A stretch of 64,000 nucleotides of DNA from an uncultured Acidimicrobiaceae bacterium (lineage in GTDB: Bacteria > Actinomycetota > Acidimicrobiia > Acidimicrobiales > RAAP-2): contig CAVTGY010000003.1 of the NCBI GenBank assembly GCA_963734395.1, forward strand, positions 271,878-335,877, read 5' to 3'. The notes under the pieces are model-generated. The model made no database searches, was not told where the DNA came from, and saw only the letters and a program-made list of their open reading frames with translations. Made by a program: the position numbers and the translations under genes. Positions 17,585 to 26,786 of the stretch are shown here, piece by piece. Each line of letters opens with the position of its first letter. Within the stretch, counting starts at the first letter, position 1.

Positions 17585-19564
17585 TCAGGCTCCACACTGA
17601 CCGGCTGAGGTGCTGTTGCAGTAGACGCCCGCCCCTTGCCCGTCGACCGAGACATCGAGGAGCTGACCGGGTGAACCAGCGGCCAGGCTTACCGCGACCG
17701 TTGCTCCGACGGTGTAGTTCTGTGGATCTGAGCTTGCCGTAACCGTCCCGCTGGCCCCGTTGCCGTTTACCGAGGTGAGCGTGAAATCCATGGTGGCCGA
17801 GGGAGCACTGGCGAACGAGCAGCTGGGACACGCAGTCAGGTCCTGATAGAGCAAATGCCCGTCTCCCGTCGCGCTGATGTTCAGGCTCTGTTCGTGTGCG
17901 CCCCAGCTTCCGGACCAGGCGGCGAACGTCGAGGTCGACGTAGTGGAAGGGGTAACCGCGGTCGTGGCGGGTGGGACGGCCGTCGTGGCCGGTGCAGCCG
18001 CAGTCACGGTCGTCGTGGATGCCCCGCTGGAGCAATGCAGTCCCCAGCCGGCGACCACCGCGGTGGGCACTGAAGAAAGGTCCGGGCCGGACACGTTGGC
18101 CCCGGGGACCTGGCAGAAGCCAATGTTGGTGGGCCCTATCACTTGGTGCGTACGTAGGTTGAGGATCGCGTCGTCCAGGTCACTGCGGGCTTCCTGTTCG
18201 CCGGGCGGCTGGTCCGTGCCCGTGTAGAAGCCGAGTCCCTGCACCAGCACCCATTGCGGGGACACCGTGGAGACGCGCATGGAGAGCATCGCACAGCGGT
18301 CTCCCTGGTCGTCGTGTGTACCGATGGCTGCGCATGCCGCCTGTTCGACGGTGGCGAAGCTCGCCGGTCGAGCGGAGACGATCGTGGTCGACGGGGTCGG
18401 GGTGGCGCCGCCCCGGTGGGTCACGGCGAGTCCGCCGGCGGCCAGTGCGCCCACCACCACGAGGGCGGACGCGGCCGCGATGATGGGGTGGGAGGCGAGG
18501 AGGCCCCCAGAGGTGGCGGCGGGGGCTGACACTCCGGGGGCCGCCGCTCCGGCAGGTGCGGGAGAGCCGGCACCGGTGGCCGCTCCCGCCGGGGTGGCAC
18601 CGACCAGCTCTCCGGCACCGGTGGTGAGCGCGGCAACCAAGACGGCCACCGCAGCCCGCTTCTTCCAATCGGCGCCGTAGTCGTCGGCCGCCGCCGCCTC
18701 GAGCTCGGCGAGGAAACGTCCGGCGCTCTGCGGGCGACCGTCGGGGTTCTTGGCCAGGGCCCAGGTGAGAAGGGCGGAGGTATGGACACCGAGGCCCTCG
18801 ATGGGGGACGGGTCGGCTTCGGCCTGCAAGCGGAGTATGGCGAGGTCGTTGGCCGCCACGAAAGGGCGATTGCCGGCCAGGGCCTCGTAGAGGACGACGC
18901 CCATCGAGTAGAGGTCCGAGCGGGCATCGAGGGCCTGGCCCCGGGCCGCCTCGGGGCTCATGTAGGACGGGGTACCTCCGAGGGTGGTCGACCCGGTGCT
19001 CACCACCTGGCCGAAGTCGATCAACTTGGAGGTGCCGGTGCGATCGACCACGATGTTCTCCGGCTTCAGGTCCCCGTGGACCAGCCCGTGGGCGTGGACG
19101 AGTCCGAGTCCCTCCAGGGCACCGGCCATGATCCCCAGGGACTGCTCGGGAGTGAGCCGCCCGGCGTTTTGTTCGACGGCCCGCAGCGAGGCTCCTTCCA
19201 CATACTCGGTGACCAGGAAGAGGTGTCCCTGGTCCTGGTCGATTCCATAGGTGGCAACCAGATGGGGATCGGCGAGGTGGGAGAGCACCACCGACTCGGA
19301 TCGGAGGCGTTCGGGGTAGCCGGGCATCCCCGAGAGGATCGGGTCGAGCACCTTGAGGGCCACTTGTTGTGCCGATTCCGAGTCGACAGCCAGATAGACA
19401 ATGCCGGTCGCGCCGCGTCCGATCTCGCCGACCAGGGAATAGCGTCCGAGGCGATTGGACTGCTGGGCCTCAGGCTCGCCTACGGCCTCGATTGCACTGC
19501 CACAGGAGACACAAAAGGCGTCCGCCTCATCGACCGAAGCGCCACAGTTCTGACAGTAAGCCAC
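17585..19564 (-). CDS. Ser/Thr protein kinase with N-terminal zinc ribbon, TM helix and large extracytoplasmic domain
   Basis: MAYCQNCGASVDEADAFCVSCG (CxxC...CxxC). Kinase motifs GRGATGIV...ALKVL, HGDLKPENI, DFGQV, GTPSYMSPE. Ala/Pro linker, TM IIAAASALVVVGALAAGGLAV, and a Cys-containing C-terminal domain of roughly 270 aa of unknown fold. Confidence 0.9.
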   Translation of the reverse strand: MAYCQNCGASVDEADAFCVSCGSAIEAVGEPEAQQSNRLGRYSLVGEIGRGATGIVYLAVDSESAQQVALKVLDPILSGMPGYPERLRSESVVLSHLADPHLVATYGIDQDQGHLFLVTEYVEGASLRAVEQNAGRLTPEQSLGIMAGALEGLGLVHAHGLVHGDLKPENIVVDRTGTSKLIDFGQVVSTGSTTLGGTPSYMSPEAARGQALDARSDLYSMGVVLYEALAGNRPFVAANDLAILRLQAEADPSPIEGLGVHTSALLTWALAKNPDGRPQSAGRFLAELEAAAADDYGADWKKRAAVAVLVAALTTGAGELVGATPAGAATGAGSPAPAGAAAPGVSAPAATSGGLLASHPIIAAASALVVVGALAAGGLAVTHRGGATPTPSTTIVSARPASFATVEQAACAAIGTHDDQGDRCAMLSMRVSTVSPQWVLVQGLGFYTGTDQPPGEQEARSDLDDAILNLRTHQVIGPTNIGFCQVPGANVSGPDLSSVPTAVVAGWGLHCSSGASTTTVTAAAPATTAVPPATTAVTPSTTSTSTFAAWSGSWGAHEQSLNISATGDGHLLYQDLTACPSCSFASAPSATMDFTLTSVNGNGASGTVTASSDPQNYTVGATVAVSLAAGSPGQLLDVSVDGQGAGVYCNSTSAGQCGA

Positions 19565-19761
19565 ACGCCACCTCTCTGTCCTGGTAAGGGTCCGCTGCGA
19601 TCATTGTGATCGAGACGCAGAGCGGACGCCACAGCGGCGAAGGAGGGCCTTCCTCTCCGGTCATTCGGGATTTCCCGTCCTCACCGATGGGGAGGAGCGT
19701 TCACAGCCATTTCGCATCTCCACCCCAGCCCGGTCCCATATTGATCGTTCACACTCGGACC

Positions 19762-20367
19762 ATGGACGACCAAGTGGAGCAGGCAAGGACCCTTTGGCTG
19801 GTCGAGCACGGGCAGACAACGTGGGACTCCATGGGTTGGGTCCAAGGTCACGTGGACCAAGCCAGGTTTACCCGCATGGGGAAGCGTGAGATCTGTTACG
19901 TCTCGAATCGTCTGGCCGGCGAGAAGGTGTCCGCTGTCTATTCGAGTGACCTCTTGCGGGCTCGTCGAACGGCAATGATGATTGCTCATCGTCTCAAGTG
20001 CGAGGTCCGGATAGATCCTCGACTGAGGGAACGAAGCTTCGGCATTGCCGAGGGCGTGCCGTGGGTCGATGTCCCGACGACGGTGACCGGAGTGGCAGAC
20101 GGGCGGGTCGTTGATGAGACGGCTCGTCCACCTGGTGGTGAGAGTCTGCGCGACCTGTATCTACGGTGCCTCGAGTTCCTGATTGAACTCGGCACTCGTT
20201 CGAGTGAGGGCGACGCCGTAGTTGTTGCTCATGACGGCAGCCTCCGCATGCTGAGAGCCATCAACGAGGCCGACGCCCTTACCGGATTGAGGTGGGAATC
20301 GTCACGTCAGGAACTGGTGCAGCCGGTGACCCTCAGCTCGCCGTTGCAGCTCGACGCGGCATCGTGA
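19762..20367 (+). CDS. histidine phosphatase (phosphoglycerate-mutase-like) family protein with EHG instead of RHG
   Basis: ORF 19606..20367, ATG 19762 preferred. LWLVEHGQTTWD, SSDLLRARRTA, RLRERSFG and VVAHDGSL match the branch-1 histidine phosphatase pattern, except that the first Arg is Glu. Confidence 0.75.
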   Translation: MDDQVEQARTLWLVEHGQTTWDSMGWVQGHVDQARFTRMGKREICYVSNRLAGEKVSAVYSSDLLRARRTAMMIAHRLKCEVRIDPRLRERSFGIAEGVPWVDVPTTVTGVADGRVVDETARPPGGESLRDLYLRCLEFLIELGTRSSEGDAVVVAHDGSLRMLRAINEADALTGLRWESSRQELVQPVTLSSPLQLDAAS

Positions 20368-20379
20368 GAGTTCTGCAGG

Positions 20380-22371
20380 TCATTGTCCGGACCCGGCCGA
20401 TAGGCAATCCACGACTTCGTCGACGGCAGCCGTGCCGCGGCCGGCCAGACCGTTCGAGCAATCGGTCAGGCGGGCGCCGGTTGGGATCGCCCGGTGGGAG
20501 GCGGTGCCGGCAACGTCCCATACCCATGCATTCTCCTGATGATCCGGCCGTTCTCCGGTCGCGGCGGTGATCAATTCGGCTGCGACCGTAACCGAGGTGA
20601 CCTGGTCGTACGTAGGAAGGTCGGTTTGGTCTGGGATGACCACCTTGGTGACCCCCCACCCGGCCAGAGCCTGTCGGACAGCGGCGATGTCACCCGGTGC
20701 GATGACGGTTGGGGTTGGCGTGAACGCAGATACCCGGGCAATCACAGCAGCGCCGTCCCGCTCCTTTCCAGCTCGCTGGGGAACACCGCTCGGACCCCCG
20801 ACTCCGACGATCGAGTAGTTCATCCCGTCCACGGCCTGCCAGGTCATGGGGGTGTCGTTGCTTCCTGACGTCCCCGATCGCGCCGGAATGACAAGGAGTA
20901 CCTGTCCGGCGCTCAAGTGTGGCGCAATGGTCCGAAACCAATCGGGAAGGTTGACGGCCCGGGTGGTGATGGGAACCGACTGAGCCAGGTAGATGGCGGG
21001 AGGCACAACGGCAATCGCCCCCAGGATCACTCCAACTGCGGCACCACCCCATCGTGGCAGATGGGTCAGGAGACCTCCGACGTACTCGGGCCCTCGATTC
21101 GGAGCCGCTCGTTGTCGCCGTCGATTCACCGCCTGGTAGGCATGGTCGATGATCAGGGCCAACATCACCGCGACAGCAAGATAGACAATGAAAACGATTC
21201 GGTACGGGTAGATGTCTTCGACTAGCGGCAGGTTGGCCAGCAGCCTCCACGGCAACCACAGGCCGTTGACCACTCCCAGCGACAGCACAACCGAGATCAA
21301 CGTGATCGTGCCGAACAACCAGAGCCGCCGATCTCGGCGCCAGACGATGCATCCGCCGATGAGCACGACCACCACCCCGATCCCGAAGTATTGATCGGAC
21401 AGGATGGGTCCTTGGTAGCCACCGATGATGTGGTCGAGGTGACTGGCCACGCTGTCGCTGGGCGCGGACAGGACGAAGTGTTTGAGCGACGTGCCGCTTG
21501 TCGCCACGCCATTCGATCCTCCGGTGGCCGGCCATACCGGTCCCGAGAAGTGGGCCGGTCCGGCGAGCGCGAACCACACCGGATAGGCGAGGAGTGCGAT
21601 CGCGGTGACTGCGGCGGCGGAGAGACCGGCCATGACATGGCGGGCGTGGTCTCGAAGCGCATCGGGGCTCCGCCACCCGCTCCAGAGGACGACCAGGAGG
21701 ATTCCGATGCCGACCGTGATGGCCAACAACAGGAGGATCTCGCTCCCTACGAAGAACTGAACTGCCACCAGGAGACCGAGGATGACCCCGATCGCAAGCG
21801 GACGGTGCTGTTGCCGAAAGAGCAATTCATCCAGGCAGACCAGGATGAGGGGTGGAACAGCCGCCATCCCCAGCATCAAATGGTTCCAGCTGAGGGCAAC
21901 CATGATGAACGGAGAGAAGCCGTAGAACAGACCACCGATGAAGGCAGCCGGCGTCCACGACACCCAGCGGCGTAGAAGTACGAACATGGACAGGGCGGTA
22001 AGAAATGGCGCCAGGGTCGACGCGACGTTGAGGGTGGCAATCGGGCCGAACAGCCAGGTGATCGGGGCCAGTACGACACCGATTGCCAACACACTGGTGT
22101 TTGCCAGCATGTTCACCCCACCCGGATAGTGCAGGGCTGTCGTATAGAAGGGGTTGAGGCCATGGGCGATGGCATACGCCGCCCATTCGATGAACGAGTC
22201 GAACAAGGAGGGGTCGCCACACCCGCAGATGGTGTCCGACGTCGGATGGCTCCACACGTTCGACCAAATGAAGGCCGAGAGTGCCAGGTAGGCGCTCGCA
22301 GCTATCAACAGGGCCGGCCAACGACGGCCCGGGTTTCGTCCGGACCCGGACGACATTCTCGACGCCCACAC
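20380..22371 (-). CDS. large polytopic membrane protein (GT-C-like glycosyltransferase candidate, function unproven)
   Basis: 663 aa with at least 10 hydrophobic segments, followed by a soluble C-terminal domain of about 200 aa. Lies 4 nt downstream of the anti-sigma gene. No catalytic motif recognised with certainty. Confidence 0.75.
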   Translation of the reverse strand: MWASRMSSGSGRNPGRRWPALLIAASAYLALSAFIWSNVWSHPTSDTICGCGDPSLFDSFIEWAAYAIAHGLNPFYTTALHYPGGVNMLANTSVLAIGVVLAPITWLFGPIATLNVASTLAPFLTALSMFVLLRRWVSWTPAAFIGGLFYGFSPFIMVALSWNHLMLGMAAVPPLILVCLDELLFRQQHRPLAIGVILGLLVAVQFFVGSEILLLLAITVGIGILLVVLWSGWRSPDALRDHARHVMAGLSAAAVTAIALLAYPVWFALAGPAHFSGPVWPATGGSNGVATSGTSLKHFVLSAPSDSVASHLDHIIGGYQGPILSDQYFGIGVVVVLIGGCIVWRRDRRLWLFGTITLISVVLSLGVVNGLWLPWRLLANLPLVEDIYPYRIVFIVYLAVAVMLALIIDHAYQAVNRRRQRAAPNRGPEYVGGLLTHLPRWGGAAVGVILGAIAVVPPAIYLAQSVPITTRAVNLPDWFRTIAPHLSAGQVLLVIPARSGTSGSNDTPMTWQAVDGMNYSIVGVGGPSGVPQRAGKERDGAAVIARVSAFTPTPTVIAPGDIAAVRQALAGWGVTKVVIPDQTDLPTYDQVTSVTVAAELITAATGERPDHQENAWVWDVAGTASHRAIPTGARLTDCSNGLAGRGTAAVDEVVDCLSAGSGQ

Positions 22372-22375
22372 GGCG

Positions 22376-22630
22376 TTACTCGGTTCGCCAGCGCCGATAG
22401 AGATCGATCAGGTCCTGTCTGGCTTGGTCGGTCAGCTCATCGGGTTCGAAGGCACCGGTGAGCTCAATGGTCATCTTGATCTGCTCCAAGTAAGCAGAGC
22501 AGTTCGGACAGGCGCGAATGTGTGACTCGAATCGGCGTCGGTCTCGACGAGAAAGGGCTCCTTCGAGGTAGTCGGTGACAAGCTCGACGGCCTGTTGGCA
22601 CACGATGTCTCTACGCCGCAGTGACAGCAT
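22376..22630 (-). CDS. zf-HC2 (ZAS, RsrA-like) anti-sigma factor
   Basis: 84 aa with an H-x3-C-x2-C motif (FESHIRACPNCSAYL). Lies 3 nt after the ECF sigma gene. Confidence 0.8.
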   Translation of the reverse strand: MLSLRRRDIVCQQAVELVTDYLEGALSRRDRRRFESHIRACPNCSAYLEQIKMTIELTGAFEPDELTDQARQDLIDLYRRWRTE

Positions 22631-22633
22631 CGC

Positions 22634-23320
22634 CTAATCCTTGTCCATTTTGGCTTCGAGGAACTCCCGTAAACGGGAACGTCCCCGATGCAACAGGATG
22701 CGCTGATTGCCGCTGGATATCCCGAGGGCCGAGCACGCCTCGTCGTTGGTGAGCCCTTCGACATCGCGCAAGATGAGGACTTGGCGCTGACGTGGCGGCA
22801 GATCATCGAGGCCGGAAATAAGGATCGGCGTCAAGGTGGCGGCGTCGAGACGGCGCTCGCTGTCCTCCGCCCAGCGTTCAAGAGGATCAGCCCATTGGCC
22901 GTGCGCATCGAAGCGAGTGGGGTCCACGGCGTGAAGGGACTCGAGTGGCGTGCTGGGTCGCTCCTTGGAGCCAGCTGATCGCGCCCGGTTGACCAGAATG
23001 CCAAAGAGCCATGTCTTGAAGGAGGAACGTCCTTCGAACCGGTCGATTCCGCGCACAACCCCCAGCCAGGTGTCCTGCACGACCTCCTCAGCCACCGCCT
23101 CACTGGAGACCATCGAACGGGCTATGCGCAACATGGACTGCTGGTAGCGAGCCACCAGCATCACGAAGGCCTCCTCGTCACCGGAGCGGAGCCGGTTGAG
23201 TTGCTCGACGTCCATCTCCACGGCTCGGAGCATATGACCCATCGGATCCGAACTGCTCGCGCCCACCACGGTTGATCCTCTGTATGCGATCGGTGGTGCC
23301 ATCGTGGATCGAACGGACAT
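22634..23320 (-). CDS. ECF-type RNA polymerase sigma factor
   Basis: Region 2 (AFVMLVARYQQSMLRIARSMV...VQDTWLGVVRGIDRFEG...FKTWLFGILVNRA). Region 4 (LPPRQRQVLILRDVEGLTNDEACSALGISSGNQRILLHRGRSRLR). The start is uncertain; internal ATGs lie at 23242, 23233 and 23215. Confidence 0.9.
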   Translation of the reverse strand: MSVRSTMAPPIAYRGSTVVGASSSDPMGHMLRAVEMDVEQLNRLRSGDEEAFVMLVARYQQSMLRIARSMVSSEAVAEEVVQDTWLGVVRGIDRFEGRSSFKTWLFGILVNRARSAGSKERPSTPLESLHAVDPTRFDAHGQWADPLERWAEDSERRLDAATLTPILISGLDDLPPRQRQVLILRDVEGLTNDEACSALGISSGNQRILLHRGRSRLREFLEAKMDKD

Positions 23321-23457
23321 CCTCTCTTAGTCCCCGGGGTCCCGCAGTCGTTACACGGAACTCCATCGGCGAGTGGGCTCGGAAATCTCCGCGTAACGCT
23401 TAGCCCCGATTCGGAGACTGTATTTCGGCGGCCTAAACGTCAAACAAAGGAGAAGCA

Positions 23458-24606
23458 ATGAGAAGACTCACTCGATTGGCTTTGGGGGCCAGTGTGGCCC
23501 TCGGACTGGCGTCCCTGGCTGCGCCTCTCGCAGCCGGCGCCGACGGGCTCCCACCGGGACCACCGTTTGGAGGTGGCGGCGAACATGCCGTCTTCGTCCA
23601 GACCGACACCGCCATCAACCAAATCGCCGCCTACGACCGGGCAGGCGATGGCACCCTGACCCTCGAGAACACCTACGACACGGGCGGATCGGGCGGGATC
23701 CTCAACGGCTCCCAAGTCGACCACCTCGGTTCTCAGGGCTCACTCACCTATGACCCGTCGCAAGGCTCGCTCTACGCAGTAAATGCCGGGAGCAACAGCG
23801 TGTCCGTGTTCTCGGTGCGGGGCACCGACCTCACGCTTCGCCAGGTGGTGAGCTCGGGTGGGACGTTCCCGGTCAGTGTGGCCGCGCACGGCAATCTGGT
23901 CTCGGTCCTCAACGCCCTCAATGGTGGGTCGGTGCAGGAGTACTACGCCTTCTTCGGGCACCTGTTCCCCGTCCCGGGATCGAATCGGGCCCTGAACCTG
24001 ACCATTCCCTCGGACACCACCCAGTTCACGCACACGCCCGGACAGGTCGCCTACTCCCCGGACGGCTCCAAGCTGCTGGTGGCCACCAAGGCCAGCTCGA
24101 ACGCCGTTGATGTCTTCAACGTGGGCTTCTTCGGGTCCCTGTCGCGCTGGCCGGTGGTGACGACGCTGCCCGGCACGGTCCCGTTCGCCATCACGTTCGA
24201 CCAGGCCGGTCATCTGGTGATCGGTGAGGCAGGGACCAGTGCACTGGCCACCTTCACCCTCAACCGAGACGGTACGGTCACCCAACTCGATTCGCTGGCC
24301 AACGGAGTCGGCGGTTTGTGCTGGGTCACTCCCGCCGGGTCGTTCCTCTTTACCGGCAACACCAGTGCCGACTCGACCAGTGGGTACCAAACCAACGCCA
24401 GCGGTCAGCTGACCCTGTTCGGGGCCACAATGACCGACCCGGGAACGGTTGACGCATCGGCCACGCCCGACGGTCGGTTCCTCTATGTCCAGACCGGAGG
24501 GAAGGGCATCGTCGACGAGTTCGCGGTCAACGCCGACGGAAGTCTCAACGAGATCGGATCGGTGATGGACGGCGCCGTGGGTGGCGAGGGCATCGTCGCC
24601 GCCTAG
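23458..24606 (+). CDS. secreted beta-propeller protein (lactonase/YncE-like)
   Basis: AAAGGAGAAG RBS and signal peptide MRRLTRLALGASVALGLASLAAPLAAGA. Repeated blade-like segments (LY..NAGSNSVSVF, G.FPVSV, SPDGSKLLVA, PDGRFLYV). Confidence 0.8.
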   Translation: MRRLTRLALGASVALGLASLAAPLAAGADGLPPGPPFGGGGEHAVFVQTDTAINQIAAYDRAGDGTLTLENTYDTGGSGGILNGSQVDHLGSQGSLTYDPSQGSLYAVNAGSNSVSVFSVRGTDLTLRQVVSSGGTFPVSVAAHGNLVSVLNALNGGSVQEYYAFFGHLFPVPGSNRALNLTIPSDTTQFTHTPGQVAYSPDGSKLLVATKASSNAVDVFNVGFFGSLSRWPVVTTLPGTVPFAITFDQAGHLVIGEAGTSALATFTLNRDGTVTQLDSLANGVGGLCWVTPAGSFLFTGNTSADSTSGYQTNASGQLTLFGATMTDPGTVDASATPDGRFLYVQTGGKGIVDEFAVNADGSLNEIGSVMDGAVGGEGIVAA

Positions 24607-24619
24607 TTGTGACCACAGT

Positions 24620-24658
24620 GAGCGGCGGCGTTCCCAAGCAGAAGGGACGCCGCCGCTC
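24620..24658. terminator. bidirectional hairpin (12-bp perfect GC-rich stem, 15-nt loop) between convergent genes
   Basis: GAGCGGCGGCGT (24620-24631) pairs perfectly with ACGCCGCCGCTC (24647-24658). Lies between the stops at 24606(+) and 24694(-). Confidence 0.65.
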
Positions 24659-24693
24659 GCTCGGGGATCCGAACCAACTGGCTCACCCTCTGG

Positions 24694-25920
24694 TCAGGGC
24701 GACAGTCCGGCGACGTTCTGGGCCGTCGAGGAGACCTGTCGGAGCGAGATCCCGACTGATACCGGAATGAGCTGATCACCCGGGGAGCCGCCCGTCCCGA
24801 GCTGCCCTTGATTGTTCCGGCCCCAGGCCCAGAGCTTCCCGGATCGGTCGATGGCGTAGGAGGCGTAACCACCCGAGGCGACACTCACCGCGGTTGCTCC
24901 TTCGGGAAGCGTGATGTGGATCGGGACGGTCGAGTTGTTTCTCGTCCCGTTACCGAGTTGGCCGTGCTTGCCGTTGCCCCATGTCCACAGGGAGTCGTCG
25001 GCCAGGATGGCGATGGTCTGACCATTGGCCGCGCCACTTCCGCCTTGGAAGACCTGGGTGACGGCGGCCGGCAGAACCACCCGGACCGGGACCGGACTGT
25101 CGGTAGTGGTCCCGTTGCCCAGTTGGCCCGCCTGGTTGTAACCCCAGTTGTAGTACGCACCATTGTCCAGGAGGGCGCCGGAACCGCCCCACGACGATGT
25201 CAGGGCCTTGACCGGGGTCGGAGGAAGTCCGGCGACTGCGGTAGGCGTCGAGCTGTTCGACGTCCCGCCGTTGCCCAGCTCGCCATAGGATCCGTCACCA
25301 CAGGCGTAGACCACACCGTTGGACAGGAACAGTGAGTGGGTACGGGCGCCGGTGGCTTCGGTCACGTCGGTGAGCGGGACCCTCGTCGGCCGAGGAACGA
25401 AGGCGCCTCCGGGCAGGCAGAGATCGTGACTGGCGTTGAGGCCCCACCCCCACGCATCCCCTGTCGAATCGATGGCCAACCCGCCGTCGAAGGGCATGGG
25501 ATTGGGGAGGGAGGTGATCCGGGTTCCGGTCGGGAACTCCACCTCGACCGCCTTGTCCACATAAAGCGGGGTTGACCCGTCACCCAGCTCATCGTTGCTC
25601 CCGACGCCCCACGCCCAGACTGTCCCGGCGGAGGTGAGGGCGTAGGTATCGGAGTTGGACGTAGCGATCTCGATCACGTCTCCCACGATGCCCGGGATCG
25701 GCCTGGGCGTGTGGTGCTCGGTCTGGACCACGGCCCCCTGGGTGCCCGCCACCCCGAAGGTGTAGACGGTGGGCTGACTCACGGCCGGGCTGGTCGTGGA
25801 GGGGCCCGTTGCTGCGGAACCGCCGCAGGCAGCCAGTCCCAATACGACGACTGGCACGATAGCGATGAGCGGTATCCGCCTTGCCCGTCGGTGCGTGGTT
25901 TTCGGCTGTCGTCGCTCCAT
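24694..25920 (-). CDS. RCC1-repeat (BLIP-II-like beta-propeller) lipoprotein
   Basis: Lipobox VVLGLAACGG. Repeated GDGSYGELGNG, GYNQAGQLGNGTT, GNGKHGQLGNGT and GRNNQGQLGTG motifs. Confidence 0.85.
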   Translation of the reverse strand: MERRQPKTTHRRARRIPLIAIVPVVVLGLAACGGSAATGPSTTSPAVSQPTVYTFGVAGTQGAVVQTEHHTPRPIPGIVGDVIEIATSNSDTYALTSAGTVWAWGVGSNDELGDGSTPLYVDKAVEVEFPTGTRITSLPNPMPFDGGLAIDSTGDAWGWGLNASHDLCLPGGAFVPRPTRVPLTDVTEATGARTHSLFLSNGVVYACGDGSYGELGNGGTSNSSTPTAVAGLPPTPVKALTSSWGGSGALLDNGAYYNWGYNQAGQLGNGTTTDSPVPVRVVLPAAVTQVFQGGSGAANGQTIAILADDSLWTWGNGKHGQLGNGTRNNSTVPIHITLPEGATAVSVASGGYASYAIDRSGKLWAWGRNNQGQLGTGGSPGDQLIPVSVGISLRQVSSTAQNVAGLSP

Positions 25921-26009
25921 AGAGGACTAGGAGACCACATCCCGATTAGGAATGTGTGACGGAACCGTGAAGACGATGGGCGAGCGCACGGCGTTCGTGG
26001 GGCTGGTGG

Positions 26010-26786
26010 TCACGCGTGTCGATAGCGCAGAACCGCGATGGGCGTGAACACGGCGAGCAGTACCAGCGACCAGGTAAGAGCGAGCACGACGTCGCTGCTG
26101 GAGCCGATGAGCAGCGAGCGGACGGCGTCGACCATTGGCGTGATCGGTTGGTATTTGGCAAAGGGCTGGAGCCAGCCGGGCATCGTGTTCACCGGGACGT
26201 AGGTGCTGGAGATGAATGCGAACACGAATGCCACCATCGACATCCCCTGTGCCGCCTGGCTGTTGGGCGCCACCAGGCCCATGACGATGAACACGATGGT
26301 GAACACCACGCCGTAGACGAGGCACAAGCCCAGGGCAGCCAATCCTTGTGCGACGCTGCCCTCGAGCCGAAACCCGAAGAGGAACCCGAAGGCAGCGGTG
26401 GCACAAATGGCCCAGGCGTTCGTGCTGGAATCGGCGATGGTTCGCCCCACGACGAGCGCGCGGCGAGGTATGGGCAGGGAGAGGAGCCGGTCGGTGAAAC
26501 CCTGGGTTCGATCCTCGGCGACGGCGACGGCAATCCCACCCCCGGTGAACAGGACGATGGTGGCGACGTAGCCGGGCACCAGGTAGTAGACGTAGCTCGA
26601 CGCCCCGGTGGTGACGGCACCTCCGAATACGAAGCGGAAACTGAAGAGGAACAGCACTGACTGGACAATGCCCATGGCGAAGAGACCGGGGGTCCGGAAG
26701 TACTTTCGCAGCGCCCGACGAGTGACCTCGAGGCTTGCCCGGGCCGTTCCAGGCACTGCGATCGGGGCGGTAATTATCTGCGCCAT
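26010..26786 (-). CDS. ABC-2 type transporter permease
   Basis: 258 aa with six hydrophobic segments. The start overlaps the ATPase stop by 1 nt (TGATG). Confidence 0.85.
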   Translation of the reverse strand: MAQIITAPIAVPGTARASLEVTRRALRKYFRTPGLFAMGIVQSVLFLFSFRFVFGGAVTTGASSYVYYLVPGYVATIVLFTGGGIAVAVAEDRTQGFTDRLLSLPIPRRALVVGRTIADSSTNAWAICATAAFGFLFGFRLEGSVAQGLAALGLCLVYGVVFTIVFIVMGLVAPNSQAAQGMSMVAFVFAFISSTYVPVNTMPGWLQPFAKYQPITPMVDAVRSLLIGSSSDVVLALTWSLVLLAVFTPIAVLRYRHA

